Shown here piece by piece: positions 1 to 11,033 of a DNA stretch of 64,000 nt. The stretch comes from Escherichia coli (GTDB taxonomy: Bacteria; Pseudomonadota; Gammaproteobacteria; Enterobacterales; Enterobacteriaceae), in the NCBI RefSeq assembly GCF_017348835.2, contig NZ_CP071375.1; one strand, written 5' to 3'. The notes beneath the pieces are model-generated. The model saw only the letters and a program-made list of their open reading frames with translations. It was not told the origin of the DNA and ran no database searches. A program made the position numbers and the translations under genes. Position 1 is the first letter of the stretch; each line of letters begins with the position of its first letter.

Positions 1-864
1 TGTTTGCGCGAAAACAGCATTGCCCATTTTCTTACCGGAAATATCCACTACCGCTTTCAGCACCTGATTGTTTTCCAGCTCCTGAGCAATTTCGGTTGTC
101 ATATCCGAACCGAAAACAGCAATTTTTCCGGCCTGATTTTGATTACGTACCGCTTTTACCGCGCCGAGTGTCGCACCGCCCGACTCCCCCATAATGGCGT
201 TGAGATCCGGCGTGGAGATAATCAGTTTTTCACCAACGGAAATCGCTTTATCTAAAACAGTCCCTTCCTGATTAGCGACAATTTGCGCGCCGGGAACGCG
301 GGATTTTAATACTTCTTCAAATCCTTTACGTCGCTGCACACAAACTTCAAAGGCTTCGCAATTGATGACGGCAATTTTTGGCTGGTCAATTTTATTGGCA
401 ATAAAATAATCGGCGGCAGCGTTACCCAGTTTTTTACCAAATTCCAGCGGGTCACCCACCAGATATGCCGAGACATATTTATCGACGCCCTTTTGATTAA
501 TACAGGTGTTGTAGCAAATCACCGGAATACCCGCTTCACTGGCGCGACGAACGGTACGGCTACTGCCATTTTCAGACACTGCCGATAAAATAATGGCATC
601 GACATTACGCGCCACGAGGGTATCAACAAAGGTACTTTCTTTCGAAATATCACCCTGGGCGTTAGTTTCAATTAACTGTACCTGTACTGAAGAATCTTTT
701 GCCGCATCCTGAACGCCCTGACGCACTCCAGCGTAATATCCCTGAGTATCAAGGTATATTGCGCCAATGGTCATTTCTTTTTCCGCAGCCCTGGCAAATA
801 AAGCGCTACCTAATAGCGTAGCCATTAATAATAGATTACGGGTTGTTCTCATTTTTTTAGGCAT
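1..864 (-). CDS. yphF: Sugar ABC transporter periplasmic binding protein, N-terminal part (3' end lies outside window)
   Basis: Reverse strand translates MPKKMRTTRNLLLMATLLGSALFARAAEKEMTIGAIYLDTQGYYAGV..., a signal peptide plus periplasmic-binding fold; AGGAGG precedes the ATG at 864 by only 4 nt, alternative ATG at 852; frame stays open to position 1. Confidence 0.75.
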   Translation of the reverse strand, partial: MPKKMRTTRNLLLMATLLGSALFARAAEKEMTIGAIYLDTQGYYAGVRQGVQDAAKDSSVQVQLIETNAQGDISKESTFVDTLVARNVDAIILSAVSENGSSRTVRRASEAGIPVICYNTCINQKGVDKYVSAYLVGDPLEFGKKLGNAAADYFIANKIDQPKIAVINCEAFEVCVQRRKGFEEVLKSRVPGAQIVANQEGTVLDKAISVGEKLIISTPDLNAIMGESGGATLGAVKAVRNQNQAGKIAVFGSDMTTEIAQELENNQVLKAVVDISGKKMGNAVFAQT

Positions 865-960
865 AGAGCCTCCTGTAGGGTTTTTATTAACAACGGCTTA
901 TTCTAATTATTTTGTGATGAGCGGCAGCGCGTGCCGCTCAAATATTACAGTTAATAGGGT

Positions 961-3900
961 TTAGTGAACGTAGTTAAAAATAAAAGGCATCACAGTGGTG
1001 AATAATGCCGCTTTCGGCCAGGCCGGATTAATCGCCGTCAATTCAGCGCGAGCAGACTCATATTGCGCAACCTCCCCGAGTCCCGCGGACGCCAGCATCG
1101 CCACCATCAGGCATTTTTCTTTATGCTGCTGTTGTAAATCGCCATACAGCGACAACAAGTCAGGTTGCGAGACGGCAAAGAAATCCGCTTCGATACTGGT
1201 TTTCGCCATCTCTTGCGCCCACTGTTTCATTTCACTAAACAGTTGCTGTGCGATTTGTTGTTCGCCCAGCAGTCGCAGCGCCATTCCTTGCCAGAAGAGA
1301 TAATCAACCGGCTGATCGTTGTAATAACTGTGAATGTTAATGGTGCGATCGCCAGTCGCCGCCAGACGTAAAAAACGCGTCGCTTCAGTTTCATCGCCCT
1401 GCGCGTTGGCGCATATCGCCTGCCAGAACCAGATGTCGTTATCAGTTTGCCCCGGTAAACGGCCTTCGCTTAAATTCTCCGGATAATGCAGCGCGGCATG
1501 AAGCAGTTCGCTGGCCTGCTGCGGCTGTCTGGCATCAAGATGCTGCCAGGCGCGTAATAACTGGTTGAGGATAAACTGACTGGTGACCTTCCCTTCCCCG
1601 CCTTCCCACGGGTGGAATTTGCGCGTGGCGAGAATGTCCGCCGCTTTGTCTGCCTGCCCCGTGAGATGCCACAAATTGAGCAGTTCTGCGGTCATGTCGT
1701 CGCGTTTCAGCGCAATTTCCAGATTATTTTCCAGACGCGCCAGTCGTTTCTCCGGTGTGGCTCCACTTAACTTATCAAGCAAATCCCGTTCGAAAAGCAG
1801 ACGTGCATCCTGCGGCGCAAGCTGATAAGCATTATCAAGATAACGCGCGGCCAGCTCATAATCGTGTTGCTTATTCCACGCATGGATCGCTAACCCGCGC
1901 CAGCCGTCGGCAAACTCCGGCGACATCTCTACGCAACGTTGCCATAAGGCAATGGCTTTGTTGTAGCTACGTTTGTTGTAGTAGAAGCAGGCCAGTAAAT
2001 GGCGAGCAAACCAGCACTCTTCAATCCTCTCCAGCGCCGCCACTTCTTCCAGCGTATTCGGGAAACGGACAAACTGCGGGAAGACATCAATGGCTTTTGC
2101 GACCAGTTCGCCACGTTCGGCTTTTGGCAGCAAGCTGGCTTGCAGGTAAAGCGGCAGCGTGCGCTGGCAGTCCAGTGCGTTCAGCATCTCTGCCGCCAGG
2201 GTGGGCATTCCCCAGTTAATCAGTTGCCCGGCGGTCATCAGGGCGTTAACGTCGCGTCCCTGACACAGACCGCGCCACTGCGCGAGAGCTGATTCGCTAC
2301 GACCATCGAACCAGTTCAGCCACCACAGAGTGGCGTTCAGCGGATAATCGCGCAGCAGTTTCTCGCGCTGCAAACGCGCGTTGTCCTGACGACCACTTAA
2401 CACCAGCAGCAGATTATGCAGGCAAAGCACTTCCTGATTGGTTGGGCAGGCGCGAAGACTTTGTTGGCAAAAATCCAGACCCGCGTCGAAGTTACCATTA
2501 CGCGCCGCCAGTCGTGCCAGACCATAATAGCCTCCGGCTTTACTGTTGCCGCTCCAGACCGCACGCCAGAAATCCTCTTCGGCTTGTTGATATTGTCCCT
2601 GACGTTCGTAAGCACTGGCGCGAATCAAACTGGCCTGTCCGCACTGCGGATTTTTGTTCAGCGCATGTGCGCGTTTCAGCGCCTGAGTGGCATACGCCAC
2701 CGCTTGCGGGAAATCTGCGCGGTTATACTCCAGCATCGCCAGCGCCAGATTACAGCGGTAATCCAGCGGATCCAGCGCCACGCCGCGCAGGTAGTAATCG
2801 AACGGTGAACGGCTAGCGTGATGATATTGCTCCAGATGCTGACCGATAAACCAGGCTTCATCTGTACTGGTAATGTCTTGTGCTGCCAGTGGCGCTTTGG
2901 CGACGTCCGGCAACGGCAACTCTTGCGGCTGATGTTCCTGATAACTCAGTACAATATTGCCGTCGGCATCGGAGAGCTCAATGGTCAGCCTTTCAGGATT
3001 GATACCTTGCAACACGCCCTGGATGGCGGTCGCAGGCATCAGTGCCACGGCATCATCAAGTAACGCGTTGCATTTGCCGATTTTGCGGATCGCCAGACGG
3101 TATCCGTTCAACGGAGAGATGGCATACAGCCCCCACTCAATCCCCCGCTCACTACGCTGGAGTTTGATTACCGCATCGCGGGAGGCGTTTTGCACCATGC
3201 CCAGAGAATGGTAAGGCAGGAAAAACTGCTCAAAACGCTTCTCTTCGTAAGCATCAAGCCAGGTAAAATCAGGCTGGTTATCGGCAAAAATACCGGTCAT
3301 CAGTTCGATATACGGGCCGTTATTATCAGTTAGGCTCTTATCCCACGCCTGGCCAAATTCACTGTGTCCCCAGCTCCACTGCTTTTTACCTGGCGCAATA
3401 TGGTGGTTGGCAACGTGTAGCAAACCACCATCTTCATCGTGACACCACGCGCCAACAAAATCGTACTGTGATTTTTCAGCCATATATGAGGTTGGAACGG
3501 GCACATTTTTATAGCGAGAAATGTCCACTCCAGCGGAGTAGTCCACTTTGTAGTAAGTGCCGGTGGCGATGGGGAAAGCGGAGACGGCCCGTTTGCCGTG
3601 ATCAAACACCGCAGTCACATCCGGCGGGAAAACGCTCTGATGCCCTTCACCCCCTTTCACTGCCGGGTTGGCCCACCACAAGAAATGACGCGGCGTGGCG
3701 TTGCCGTTATAGACGCGGCTGGCGATTTCCAACGCCGCCCGTTCAGGACGCAGTGTGAAACCTGTCATCACCTGTAAACCGTGCATCGGCTCCGTTTCGC
3801 CGACCCACACCGTCTGTGCGCCGTCTTCATGGGCTTCGAGGGTGAAATCAACGGGCATAAAGGTGGTCGGGCGATGGTGTTGCGGCCAGTTAAACTCAAT

Positions 3901-4335
3901 CCCGCCAGAGATCCACGGTCCCAGCAGCCCCACCAGCGCAGGTTTAATGACTTCATTGTGATAGACAAAATCGCGTTGTTTCACTTTATCCCATGCGCGA
4001 TGCACCCGACCGCCCAGTTCCGGCAGGATCATCACTTTGATGTAGTCGTTTTCCAGCCACACCGTCTGCCAGGATTTCAGGGTTTTCTGCTCGCTCAGCG
4101 TATCGGTCACGCCGTAGGGATAAACCGCGCCGGACGATCCCTGATAAACGCGATTTTCCAGGAACATGGGATGTATATCCTGCGGCCCGGTTTCATAGGT
4201 CGGGATCTCAACGCGCTCTTGCCACACTTTTACTGGAGTCATGGTGCCCTCAATATTAACAAGACATACTGAATTAAAAGATTTGTGGCAGTGTATTGAA
4301 CAATCTGGCAATGTTTTCGCGGAATAATCACGCAA
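961..4335 (-). CDS. yphG: Large TPR-repeat/DUF-containing protein YphG (1124 aa)
   Basis: Longest ORF in track; an in-frame ATG at 4242 (MTPVKVWQ...) is preceded by GAGGG and may be the true start. Confidence 0.85.
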   Translation of the reverse strand: MRDYSAKTLPDCSIHCHKSFNSVCLVNIEGTMTPVKVWQERVEIPTYETGPQDIHPMFLENRVYQGSSGAVYPYGVTDTLSEQKTLKSWQTVWLENDYIKVMILPELGGRVHRAWDKVKQRDFVYHNEVIKPALVGLLGPWISGGIEFNWPQHHRPTTFMPVDFTLEAHEDGAQTVWVGETEPMHGLQVMTGFTLRPERAALEIASRVYNGNATPRHFLWWANPAVKGGEGHQSVFPPDVTAVFDHGKRAVSAFPIATGTYYKVDYSAGVDISRYKNVPVPTSYMAEKSQYDFVGAWCHDEDGGLLHVANHHIAPGKKQWSWGHSEFGQAWDKSLTDNNGPYIELMTGIFADNQPDFTWLDAYEEKRFEQFFLPYHSLGMVQNASRDAVIKLQRSERGIEWGLYAISPLNGYRLAIRKIGKCNALLDDAVALMPATAIQGVLQGINPERLTIELSDADGNIVLSYQEHQPQELPLPDVAKAPLAAQDITSTDEAWFIGQHLEQYHHASRSPFDYYLRGVALDPLDYRCNLALAMLEYNRADFPQAVAYATQALKRAHALNKNPQCGQASLIRASAYERQGQYQQAEEDFWRAVWSGNSKAGGYYGLARLAARNGNFDAGLDFCQQSLRACPTNQEVLCLHNLLLVLSGRQDNARLQREKLLRDYPLNATLWWLNWFDGRSESALAQWRGLCQGRDVNALMTAGQLINWGMPTLAAEMLNALDCQRTLPLYLQASLLPKAERGELVAKAIDVFPQFVRFPNTLEEVAALERIEECWFARHLLACFYYNKRSYNKAIALWQRCVEMSPEFADGWRGLAIHAWNKQHDYELAARYLDNAYQLAPQDARLLFERDLLDKLSGATPEKRLARLENNLEIALKRDDMTAELLNLWHLTGQADKAADILATRKFHPWEGGEGKVTSQFILNQLLRAWQHLDARQPQQASELLHAALHYPENLSEGRLPGQTDNDIWFWQAICANAQGDETEATRFLRLAATGDRTINIHSYYNDQPVDYLFWQGMALRLLGEQQIAQQLFSEMKQWAQEMAKTSIEADFFAVSQPDLLSLYGDLQQQHKEKCLMVAMLASAGLGEVAQYESARAELTAINPAWPKAALFTTVMPFIFNYVH

Positions 4336-4353
4336 TTAACTAAACAAGGTTTA

Positions 4354-5553
4354 GTGAAGATGAGAGCCTGCATTAACAATCAACAGATTCGCCACCATAA
4401 CAAATGCGTGATTCTGGAACTGCTGTACCGGCAAAAGCGCGCCAATAAATCAACGCTGGCCCGGCTGGCGCAAATTTCGATTCCGGCAGTCAGTAATATT
4501 TTGCAGGAACTGGAAAGCGAAAAACGGGTGGTGAATATCGACGATGAAAGCCAGACGCGCGGGCATAGTAGCGGTACATGGCTGATTGCGCCGGAAGGTG
4601 ACTGGACGCTGTGTCTGAACGTGACGCCCACCAGTATTGAGTGTCAGGTTGCTAATACTTGTTTAAGTCCGAAAGGTGAATTTGAGTATTTACAGATTGA
4701 TGCACCGACGCCGCAGGCGCTGCTGTCCGAAATCGAAAAATGCTGGCATCGCCACCGTGAATTGTGGCCGGACCGCACCATCAATCTGGCGCTGGCAATC
4801 CACGGTCAGGTTGATCCTGTGACCGGAGTGTCGCAAACCATGCCGCAAGCGCCCTGGACAACGCCGGTTGAGGTGAAGTATCTGCTGGAAGAGAAGCTCG
4901 GCATTCGGGTGATGGTCGATAATGACTGCGTGATGCTGGCGCTGGCGGAGAAATGGCAAAATAATTCGCAGGAACGGGATTTCTGCGTGATCAACGTTGA
5001 TTACGGCATTGGCTCGTCGTTCGTGATTAACGAGCAAATTTATCGCGGCAGTTTGTATGGTAGCGGACAGATTGGTCACACCATCGTTAATCCGGATGGC
5101 GTCGTCTGCGACTGTGGACGTTATGGCTGCCTGGAAACCGTCGCCTCGTTAAGCGCATTAAAAAAACAGGCGCGGGTATGGCTAAAATCACAACCGGTTA
5201 GTACTCAACTTGATCCTGAAAAACTGACTACAGCGCAGTTAATCGCTGCCTGGCAGAGTGGAGAACCGTGGATCACCAGCTGGGTTGACCGCAGTGCCAA
5301 TGCCATTGGTTTGAGTCTGTATAACTTCCTCAACATCCTCAATATTAATCAGATTTGGTTGTACGGTCGCAGTTGTGCCTTTGGTGAGAACTGGCTTAAT
5401 ACTATTATTCGCCAGACAGGATTTAACCCGTTCGACCGCGACGAAGGACCGAGCGTGAAAGCGACGCAAATTGGCTTCGGGCAATTAAGCCGCGCACAAC
5501 AGGTGCTGGGAATTGGCTATTTGTATGTTGAGGCGCAGTTACGACAGATTTGA
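4354..5553 (+). CDS. yphH: ROK (NagC/Mlc-like) family transcriptional regulator
   Basis: N-terminal HTH (KSTLARLAQISIPAVSNILQELE) and ROK sugar-kinase-like body with CDCGRYGCLE zinc motif; start may be ATG at 4360. Confidence 0.85.
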   Translation: MKMRACINNQQIRHHNKCVILELLYRQKRANKSTLARLAQISIPAVSNILQELESEKRVVNIDDESQTRGHSSGTWLIAPEGDWTLCLNVTPTSIECQVANTCLSPKGEFEYLQIDAPTPQALLSEIEKCWHRHRELWPDRTINLALAIHGQVDPVTGVSQTMPQAPWTTPVEVKYLLEEKLGIRVMVDNDCVMLALAEKWQNNSQERDFCVINVDYGIGSSFVINEQIYRGSLYGSGQIGHTIVNPDGVVCDCGRYGCLETVASLSALKKQARVWLKSQPVSTQLDPEKLTTAQLIAAWQSGEPWITSWVDRSANAIGLSLYNFLNILNINQIWLYGRSCAFGENWLNTIIRQTGFNPFDRDEGPSVKATQIGFGQLSRAQQVLGIGYLYVEAQLRQI

Positions 5554-5616
5554 TGGCGCGATAACGTAGAAAGGCTTCCCGAAGGAAGCCTTTTTTCAAC
5601 AGATTAACCGTTTCGC

Positions 5617-6870
5617 TTATGCGTAAACCGGGTAACGTGCGCAGATGTCGAGAACTTTACCTTTGATACGCTCGATAACGGCTTCATCATTGATGCTGTC
5701 CAGCACGTCACACATCCAGCCAGCCAGTTCTTTCGCTTCTGCTTCTTTGAAGCCGCGACGCGTAATCGCCGGAGTACCCACGCGAATACCGGAGGTCACA
5801 AACGGGCTCTTCGGATCGTTCGGTACGCTGTTTTTGTTGACGGTGATGTTAGCACGGCCCAGAGCGGCGTCTGCTTCTTTACCGGTCAGGTTTTTATCTA
5901 CCAGATCAACCAGGAACAGATGGTTATCAGTACCGCCGGAAACCACTTTGTAGCCGCGTTCCAGGAACACTTCTACCATCGCTTTAGCGTTTTTAGCGAC
6001 CTGCTGCTGGTAAGTTTTGAACTCAGGCTCCATCGCTTCTTTCAGAGCAACCGCTTTACCGGCGATTACGTGCATCAACGGACCGCCCTGACCACCAGGG
6101 AAAACGGCAGAGTTCAGTTTTTTGTACAGCTCTTCGCTACCACCTTTCGCCAGGATCAGGCCGCCGCGCGGACCCGCCAGGGTTTTGTGAGTGGTGGTAG
6201 TAACAACGTGAGCATGAGGAACCGGGTTCGGGTAGACGCCAGCAGCAACCAGGCCCGCAACGTGCGCCATATCAACGAACAGGTAAGCACCGATGCTGTC
6301 AGCGATTTCACGCATTTTCGCCCAGTCAACCACGCCGGAATATGCAGAGAAGCCACCGATAATCATTTTCGGTTTGTGTTCTTTGGCTTGTTTTTCCAGA
6401 TCGGCGTAGTCGATATGACCGGTAGCATCAATACCGTAAGGAACGATGTTGTACAGTTTACCGGAGAAGTTAACCGGAGAACCGTGAGTCAGGTGACCGC
6501 CATGCGCCAGGTTCATACCCAGAACGGTATCACCTGGTTCCAGCAGCGCGGTGTAGACCGCAAAGTTAGCCTGGGAGCCGGAGTGCGGCTGGACGTTAGC
6601 GTAGTCAGCGCCGAACAGTTCTTTCGCACGATCGATCGCCAGTTGTTCAACGATATCAACATACTCGCAACCGCCGTAGTAGCGTTTGCCCGGATAACCT
6701 TCAGCATATTTGTTGGTCAGCTGAGAACCCTGCGCCTGCATTACGCGCGGGCTGGTGTAGTTTTCGGAGGCGATCAGTTCGATGTGCTCTTCCTGACGTA
6801 CTTTTTCCTGCTCCATAGCCTGCCACAGCTCGGCATCATAATCGGCAATGTTCATTTCACGCTTTAACAT
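5617..6870 (-). CDS. glyA: Serine hydroxymethyltransferase
   Basis: [23 protein letters not shown]... with PLP-lysine region [14 protein letters not shown]; start trimmed to the second ATG, which has proper SD spacing. Confidence 0.97.
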
Positions 6871-7148
6871 CCGCATCTCCTGACTCAGCTAACAATAAAA
6901 TTTTTGGCCTTTATAGGCGGTCCTGTTGGACAACGGCGAACAGTATAACCGAATCATTGTGCGATAACAGGTCTTGACAAAGGAATTTACGCAAACGATT
7001 ACCTTCAGGCTACGCAAGGCTTTGGAGAATAAAGAGCTTGCAACCGGAAACGGATTTCTTTTCAGGTTTGTGATGCAAATTTTTCACTTCATCACATTCT
7101 TTCTGAAAAACACCAAAGAACCATTTACATTGCAGGGCTATTTTTTAT

Positions 7149-7173
7149 AAGATGCATTTGAGATACATCAATT
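7149..7173 (+). promoter_or_regulatory. NsrR operator in hmp promoter
   Basis: AAGATGCATTTGAGATACATCAATT inverted-repeat-like site immediately upstream of hmp start. Confidence 0.6.
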
Positions 7174-7197
7174 AAGATGCAAAAAAAGGAAGACCAT

Positions 7198-8388
7198 ATG
7201 CTTGACGCTCAAACCATCGCTACAGTAAAAGCCACCATCCCTTTACTGGTGGAAACGGGGCCAAAGTTAACCGCCCATTTCTACGACCGTATGTTTACTC
7301 ATAACCCAGAACTCAAAGAAATTTTTAACATGAGTAACCAGCGTAATGGCGATCAACGTGAAGCCCTGTTTAACGCTATTGCCGCCTACGCCAGCAATAT
7401 TGAAAACCTGCCTGCGCTGCTGCCAGCGGTAGAAAAAATCGCGCAGAAGCACACCAGCTTCCAGATCAAACCGGAACAGTACAACATCGTCGGTGAACAC
7501 CTGTTGGCAACGCTGGACGAAATGTTCAGCCCGGGGCAGGAAGTGCTGGACGCGTGGGGTAAAGCCTATGGTGTACTGGCTAATGTATTTATCAATCGCG
7601 AGGCGGAAATCTATAACGAAAACGCCAGCAAAGCCGGTGGTTGGGAAGGTACTCGCGATTTCCGCATTGTGGCTAAAACACCGCGCAGCGCGCTTATCAC
7701 CAGCTTCGAACTGGAGCCGGTCGACGGTGGCGCAGTGGCAGAATACCGTCCGGGGCAATATCTCGGCGTCTGGCTGAAGCCGGAAGGTTTCCCGCATCAG
7801 GAAATTCGTCAGTACTCTTTGACTCGCAAACCGGATGGCAAAGGCTATCGTATTGCGGTGAAACGCGAAGAGGGTGGGCAGGTATCCAACTGGTTGCACA
7901 ATCACGCCAATGTTGGCGATGTCGTGAAACTGGTCGCTCCGGCAGGTGATTTCTTTATGGCTGTCGCAGATGACACACCAGTGACGTTAATCTCTGCCGG
8001 TGTTGGTCAAACGCCAATGCTGGCAATGCTCGACACGCTGGCAAAAGCAGGCCACACAGCACAAGTGAACTGGTTCCATGCGGCAGAAAATGGCGATGTT
8101 CACGCCTTTGCCGATGAAGTTAAGGAACTGGGGCAGTCACTGCCGCGTTTTACCGCGCACACCTGGTATCGTCAGCCGAGCGAAGCCGATCGCGCTAAAG
8201 GTCAGTTTGATAGCGAAGGTCTGATGGATTTGAGCAAACTGGAAGGTGCGTTCAGCGATCCGACAATGCAGTTCTATCTCTGCGGCCCGGTTGGCTTCAT
8301 GCAGTTTGCCGCGAAACAGTTAGTGGATCTGGGCGTGAAGCAGGAAAACATTCATTACGAATGCTTTGGCCCGCATAAGGTGCTGTGA
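7198..8388 (+). CDS. hmp: Flavohemoglobin (NO dioxygenase)
   Basis: [33 protein letters not shown]... globin domain plus FAD/NAD reductase domain; AAGGAAG SD. Confidence 0.97.
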
Positions 8389-8393
8389 TTTGA

Positions 8394-8419
8394 TGTTGCC
8401 GGATGGAAACATCCGGCAA
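8394..8419. terminator. REP-like hairpin between convergent hmp and glnB
   Basis: GTTGCCGGATG-GAAA-CATCCGGCAAC perfect hairpin; no obvious T-run. Confidence 0.4.
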
Positions 8420-8432
8420 CCCTTGACGCGGT

Positions 8433-8807
<375 letters not shown>

Positions 8808-8831
8808 CTAAACGTAACACATAACGCCAAT

Positions 8832-10166
8832 TCATTCCTTGAAATCGTTTGCATCCAGCTCGTGTCGGGAAAGCAGTTTATAAAATTCTGTCCGGTTGCG
8901 CCCCGCCATTCTCGCCGCGTGGGTGACGTTGCCTTTGGTAATTTGCAGCAGCTTACGCAAATAGTTGAGTTCAAACTGATTACGTGCCTCAACAAAGGTT
9001 GGCAGCGCCGTATTTTCGCCCTCCAGCGCCTGCTCTACTAATGCATCACTAATCACCGGAGATGAGGTCAGCGCCACGCACTGTTCAATCACGTTGACCA
9101 ACTGGCGCACATTACCCGGCCAGCTCGCGGTCATCAGGCGTTTCATTGCATCGGTGGAGAACGCGCGGACAAACGGTTTATGTCGCTCTGCCGCCTGGCG
9201 CAACAGGTGATTTGCCAGTAGCGGAATGTCTTCTGTGCGCTCTGCCAGAGCCGGAATTTTCAGGCTGACAACGTTAAGGCGGTAATAGAGATCTTCACGG
9301 AATTCCCCGCGCGCCATCGCTTTTGGCAGGTCGCGGTGAGTGGCGGAAATAATCCGCACGTCGATATCAATATCGCGGTTACTGCCCAGCGGGCGCACTT
9401 TACGCTCCTGCAACACGCGCAGCAGTTTGACCTGCAACGGTGCGGGCATATCGCCAATCTCATCGAGAAATAGCGTACCGCCTTCCGCCGCCTGGAATAA
9501 ACCTTCGCGATTGCTGACAGCGCCAGTAAACGCGCCACGCGCATGACCAAACAGCTCCGACTCCAGCAATTGCTCGGGCAATGCGCCACAGTTAATAGCA
9601 ATAAATGGTTTGCTATTGCGCGGGCTGGCGTTGTGGATAGCCTGGGCGAAAATCTCTTTCCCGGTGCCGCTCTGACCGTTAATCAAAACGCTAACGTCTG
9701 ATTGCGCCACCAGCCGCGCCTGTTCCAGCAAACGCAGCATCAGCGGGCTGCGGGTGACAATCGCCTCGCGCCAGCGTTCGTCGGTGGCTGGCGCGGATTG
9801 TTCCAGCGCATCATCAATTGCCTGATATAGCGCGTCTTTATCAACAGGCTTGGTGAGGAAACTAAAAACGCCCTGCTGTGTTGCAGCAACGGCATCGGGA
9901 ATAGAACCATGCGCGGTAAGAATAATTACCGGCATTCCCGGCTGCACTTTCTGGATTTCAGCAAACAGCTGCATACCGTCCATTTCATCCATCCGCAGGT
10001 CGCTGATGACTAAATCTACTTTTTCGCGATTCAGTACCCGTAATCCTTCAGCGCCACTTTCCGCCGTGACCACGCTGTAGCCTTCGCTGGTCAGGCGCAG
10101 GCCAAGCAGTTTCAGCAATCCCGGATCGTCATCGACCAATAATAAATGCGCAGGTTTATGGCTCAT
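8832..10166 (-). CDS. glrR: Sigma54-dependent response regulator GlrR (YfhA)
   Basis: Receiver domain ([11 protein letters not shown]...), AAA+ sigma54-activation domain (GESGTGKE, GAFTGA) and C-terminal HTH; start trimmed to [10 protein letters not shown]. Confidence 0.93.
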   Translation of the reverse strand: MSHKPAHLLLVDDDPGLLKLLGLRLTSEGYSVVTAESGAEGLRVLNREKVDLVISDLRMDEMDGMQLFAEIQKVQPGMPVIILTAHGSIPDAVAATQQGVFSFLTKPVDKDALYQAIDDALEQSAPATDERWREAIVTRSPLMLRLLEQARLVAQSDVSVLINGQSGTGKEIFAQAIHNASPRNSKPFIAINCGALPEQLLESELFGHARGAFTGAVSNREGLFQAAEGGTLFLDEIGDMPAPLQVKLLRVLQERKVRPLGSNRDIDIDVRIISATHRDLPKAMARGEFREDLYYRLNVVSLKIPALAERTEDIPLLANHLLRQAAERHKPFVRAFSTDAMKRLMTASWPGNVRQLVNVIEQCVALTSSPVISDALVEQALEGENTALPTFVEARNQFELNYLRKLLQITKGNVTHAARMAGRNRTEFYKLLSRHELDANDFKE

Positions 10167-10869
10167 CAGGAGTGACCTCATGGGTGGATGGCGCGGGCTT
10201 TTCACCCTCGTGCGGCGTATCCGGCGAGAAATTTCCAGCCGGTTTGCGGGTCGAGAGCTGGCGTTCAATATCGGTCAGGTTTTCCAGCTTGCGGGTGGTG
10301 AGTTCCAGTTGCTGCTGTAGAACGTGATGTTGCTGGCGCAAAGTATCCAGCTCGCTGTCACTGGACTGCTGGAGTTTGCTGTAGCGTTGGCGCTCTTCCG
10401 CCAGTTGCAGTTGCAGCGCCTGACCGTCGCGCCAGAGTTGATACAGAGGGCGAACCTGTGCCGGGATCTCGGTACTTAACGCTTCAATACGCGCGACCAG
10501 CTGGCGGCGCTCATACGGCGTAATTTTGGCGTCGGCGAGCAAAATCCCTTGCTTAAAGGTATTTTGCCAGCTGCCGTCGTCATATTGGCGGGCTTGCTGA
10601 CGCGACTGCGCAGGCATTAAACGATCAGCACAATCCATCGCCCGCAGCCAGTAAAGCGGATTGGTTTCGGTTGATTTACCTTGCAGCGCCCAGATGTCGC
10701 TACATTCAGTAGAAAGATAGTCAGCCAGTTGATAAACCGGAATTTTTTCTTCTGCTGGCGTATCAATGGCTGGCTTATTGTGATTCTGCACGCAACCCAG
10801 CAATGCCAGACATGGCAGCCCTGCCAGCCACAGCCGTCGGGGCAATAATCGTTGAAAAATGTGTCGCAT
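10156..10869 (-). CDS. qseG: Lipoprotein QseG/YfhG
   Basis: MRHIFQRLLPRRLWLAGLPCLALLGCVQ lipobox; stop overlaps the glrR start by 11 nt. Confidence 0.9.
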   Translation of the reverse strand: MRHIFQRLLPRRLWLAGLPCLALLGCVQNHNKPAIDTPAEEKIPVYQLADYLSTECSDIWALQGKSTETNPLYWLRAMDCADRLMPAQSRQQARQYDDGSWQNTFKQGILLADAKITPYERRQLVARIEALSTEIPAQVRPLYQLWRDGQALQLQLAEERQRYSKLQQSSDSELDTLRQQHHVLQQQLELTTRKLENLTDIERQLSTRKPAGNFSPDTPHEGEKPAPSTHEVTPDEP

Positions 10870-11033
10870 ATTCACCAGACTTAAAGCCTATCCCAGTGGG
10901 CGTAATTGTTGCAGACAGTCTGGACATGGACAGCGCGGAGAAACCGGAGCGTACATGTCGTACGTGAGGATTTCGAGCACTGCCCGGGGCCGAACTGACA
11001 AATAAAATAGCCTGATGGGATAGGCTGTTAGCA

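Noticed and set aside
5920-6867. 315-aa + strand ORF antisense to glyA
   Set aside because: Lies entirely within glyA on the opposite strand; no ribosome-binding site; composition typical of a shadow frame.
10887-11030. 10-bp inverted repeat (GCCTATCCCA / TGGGATAGGC) and small palindromes between qseG and glrK
   Set aside because: Most simply explained as intra-operon stem-loop or REP-like spacer structure; no coding or known regulatory signature could be supported from sequence alone.
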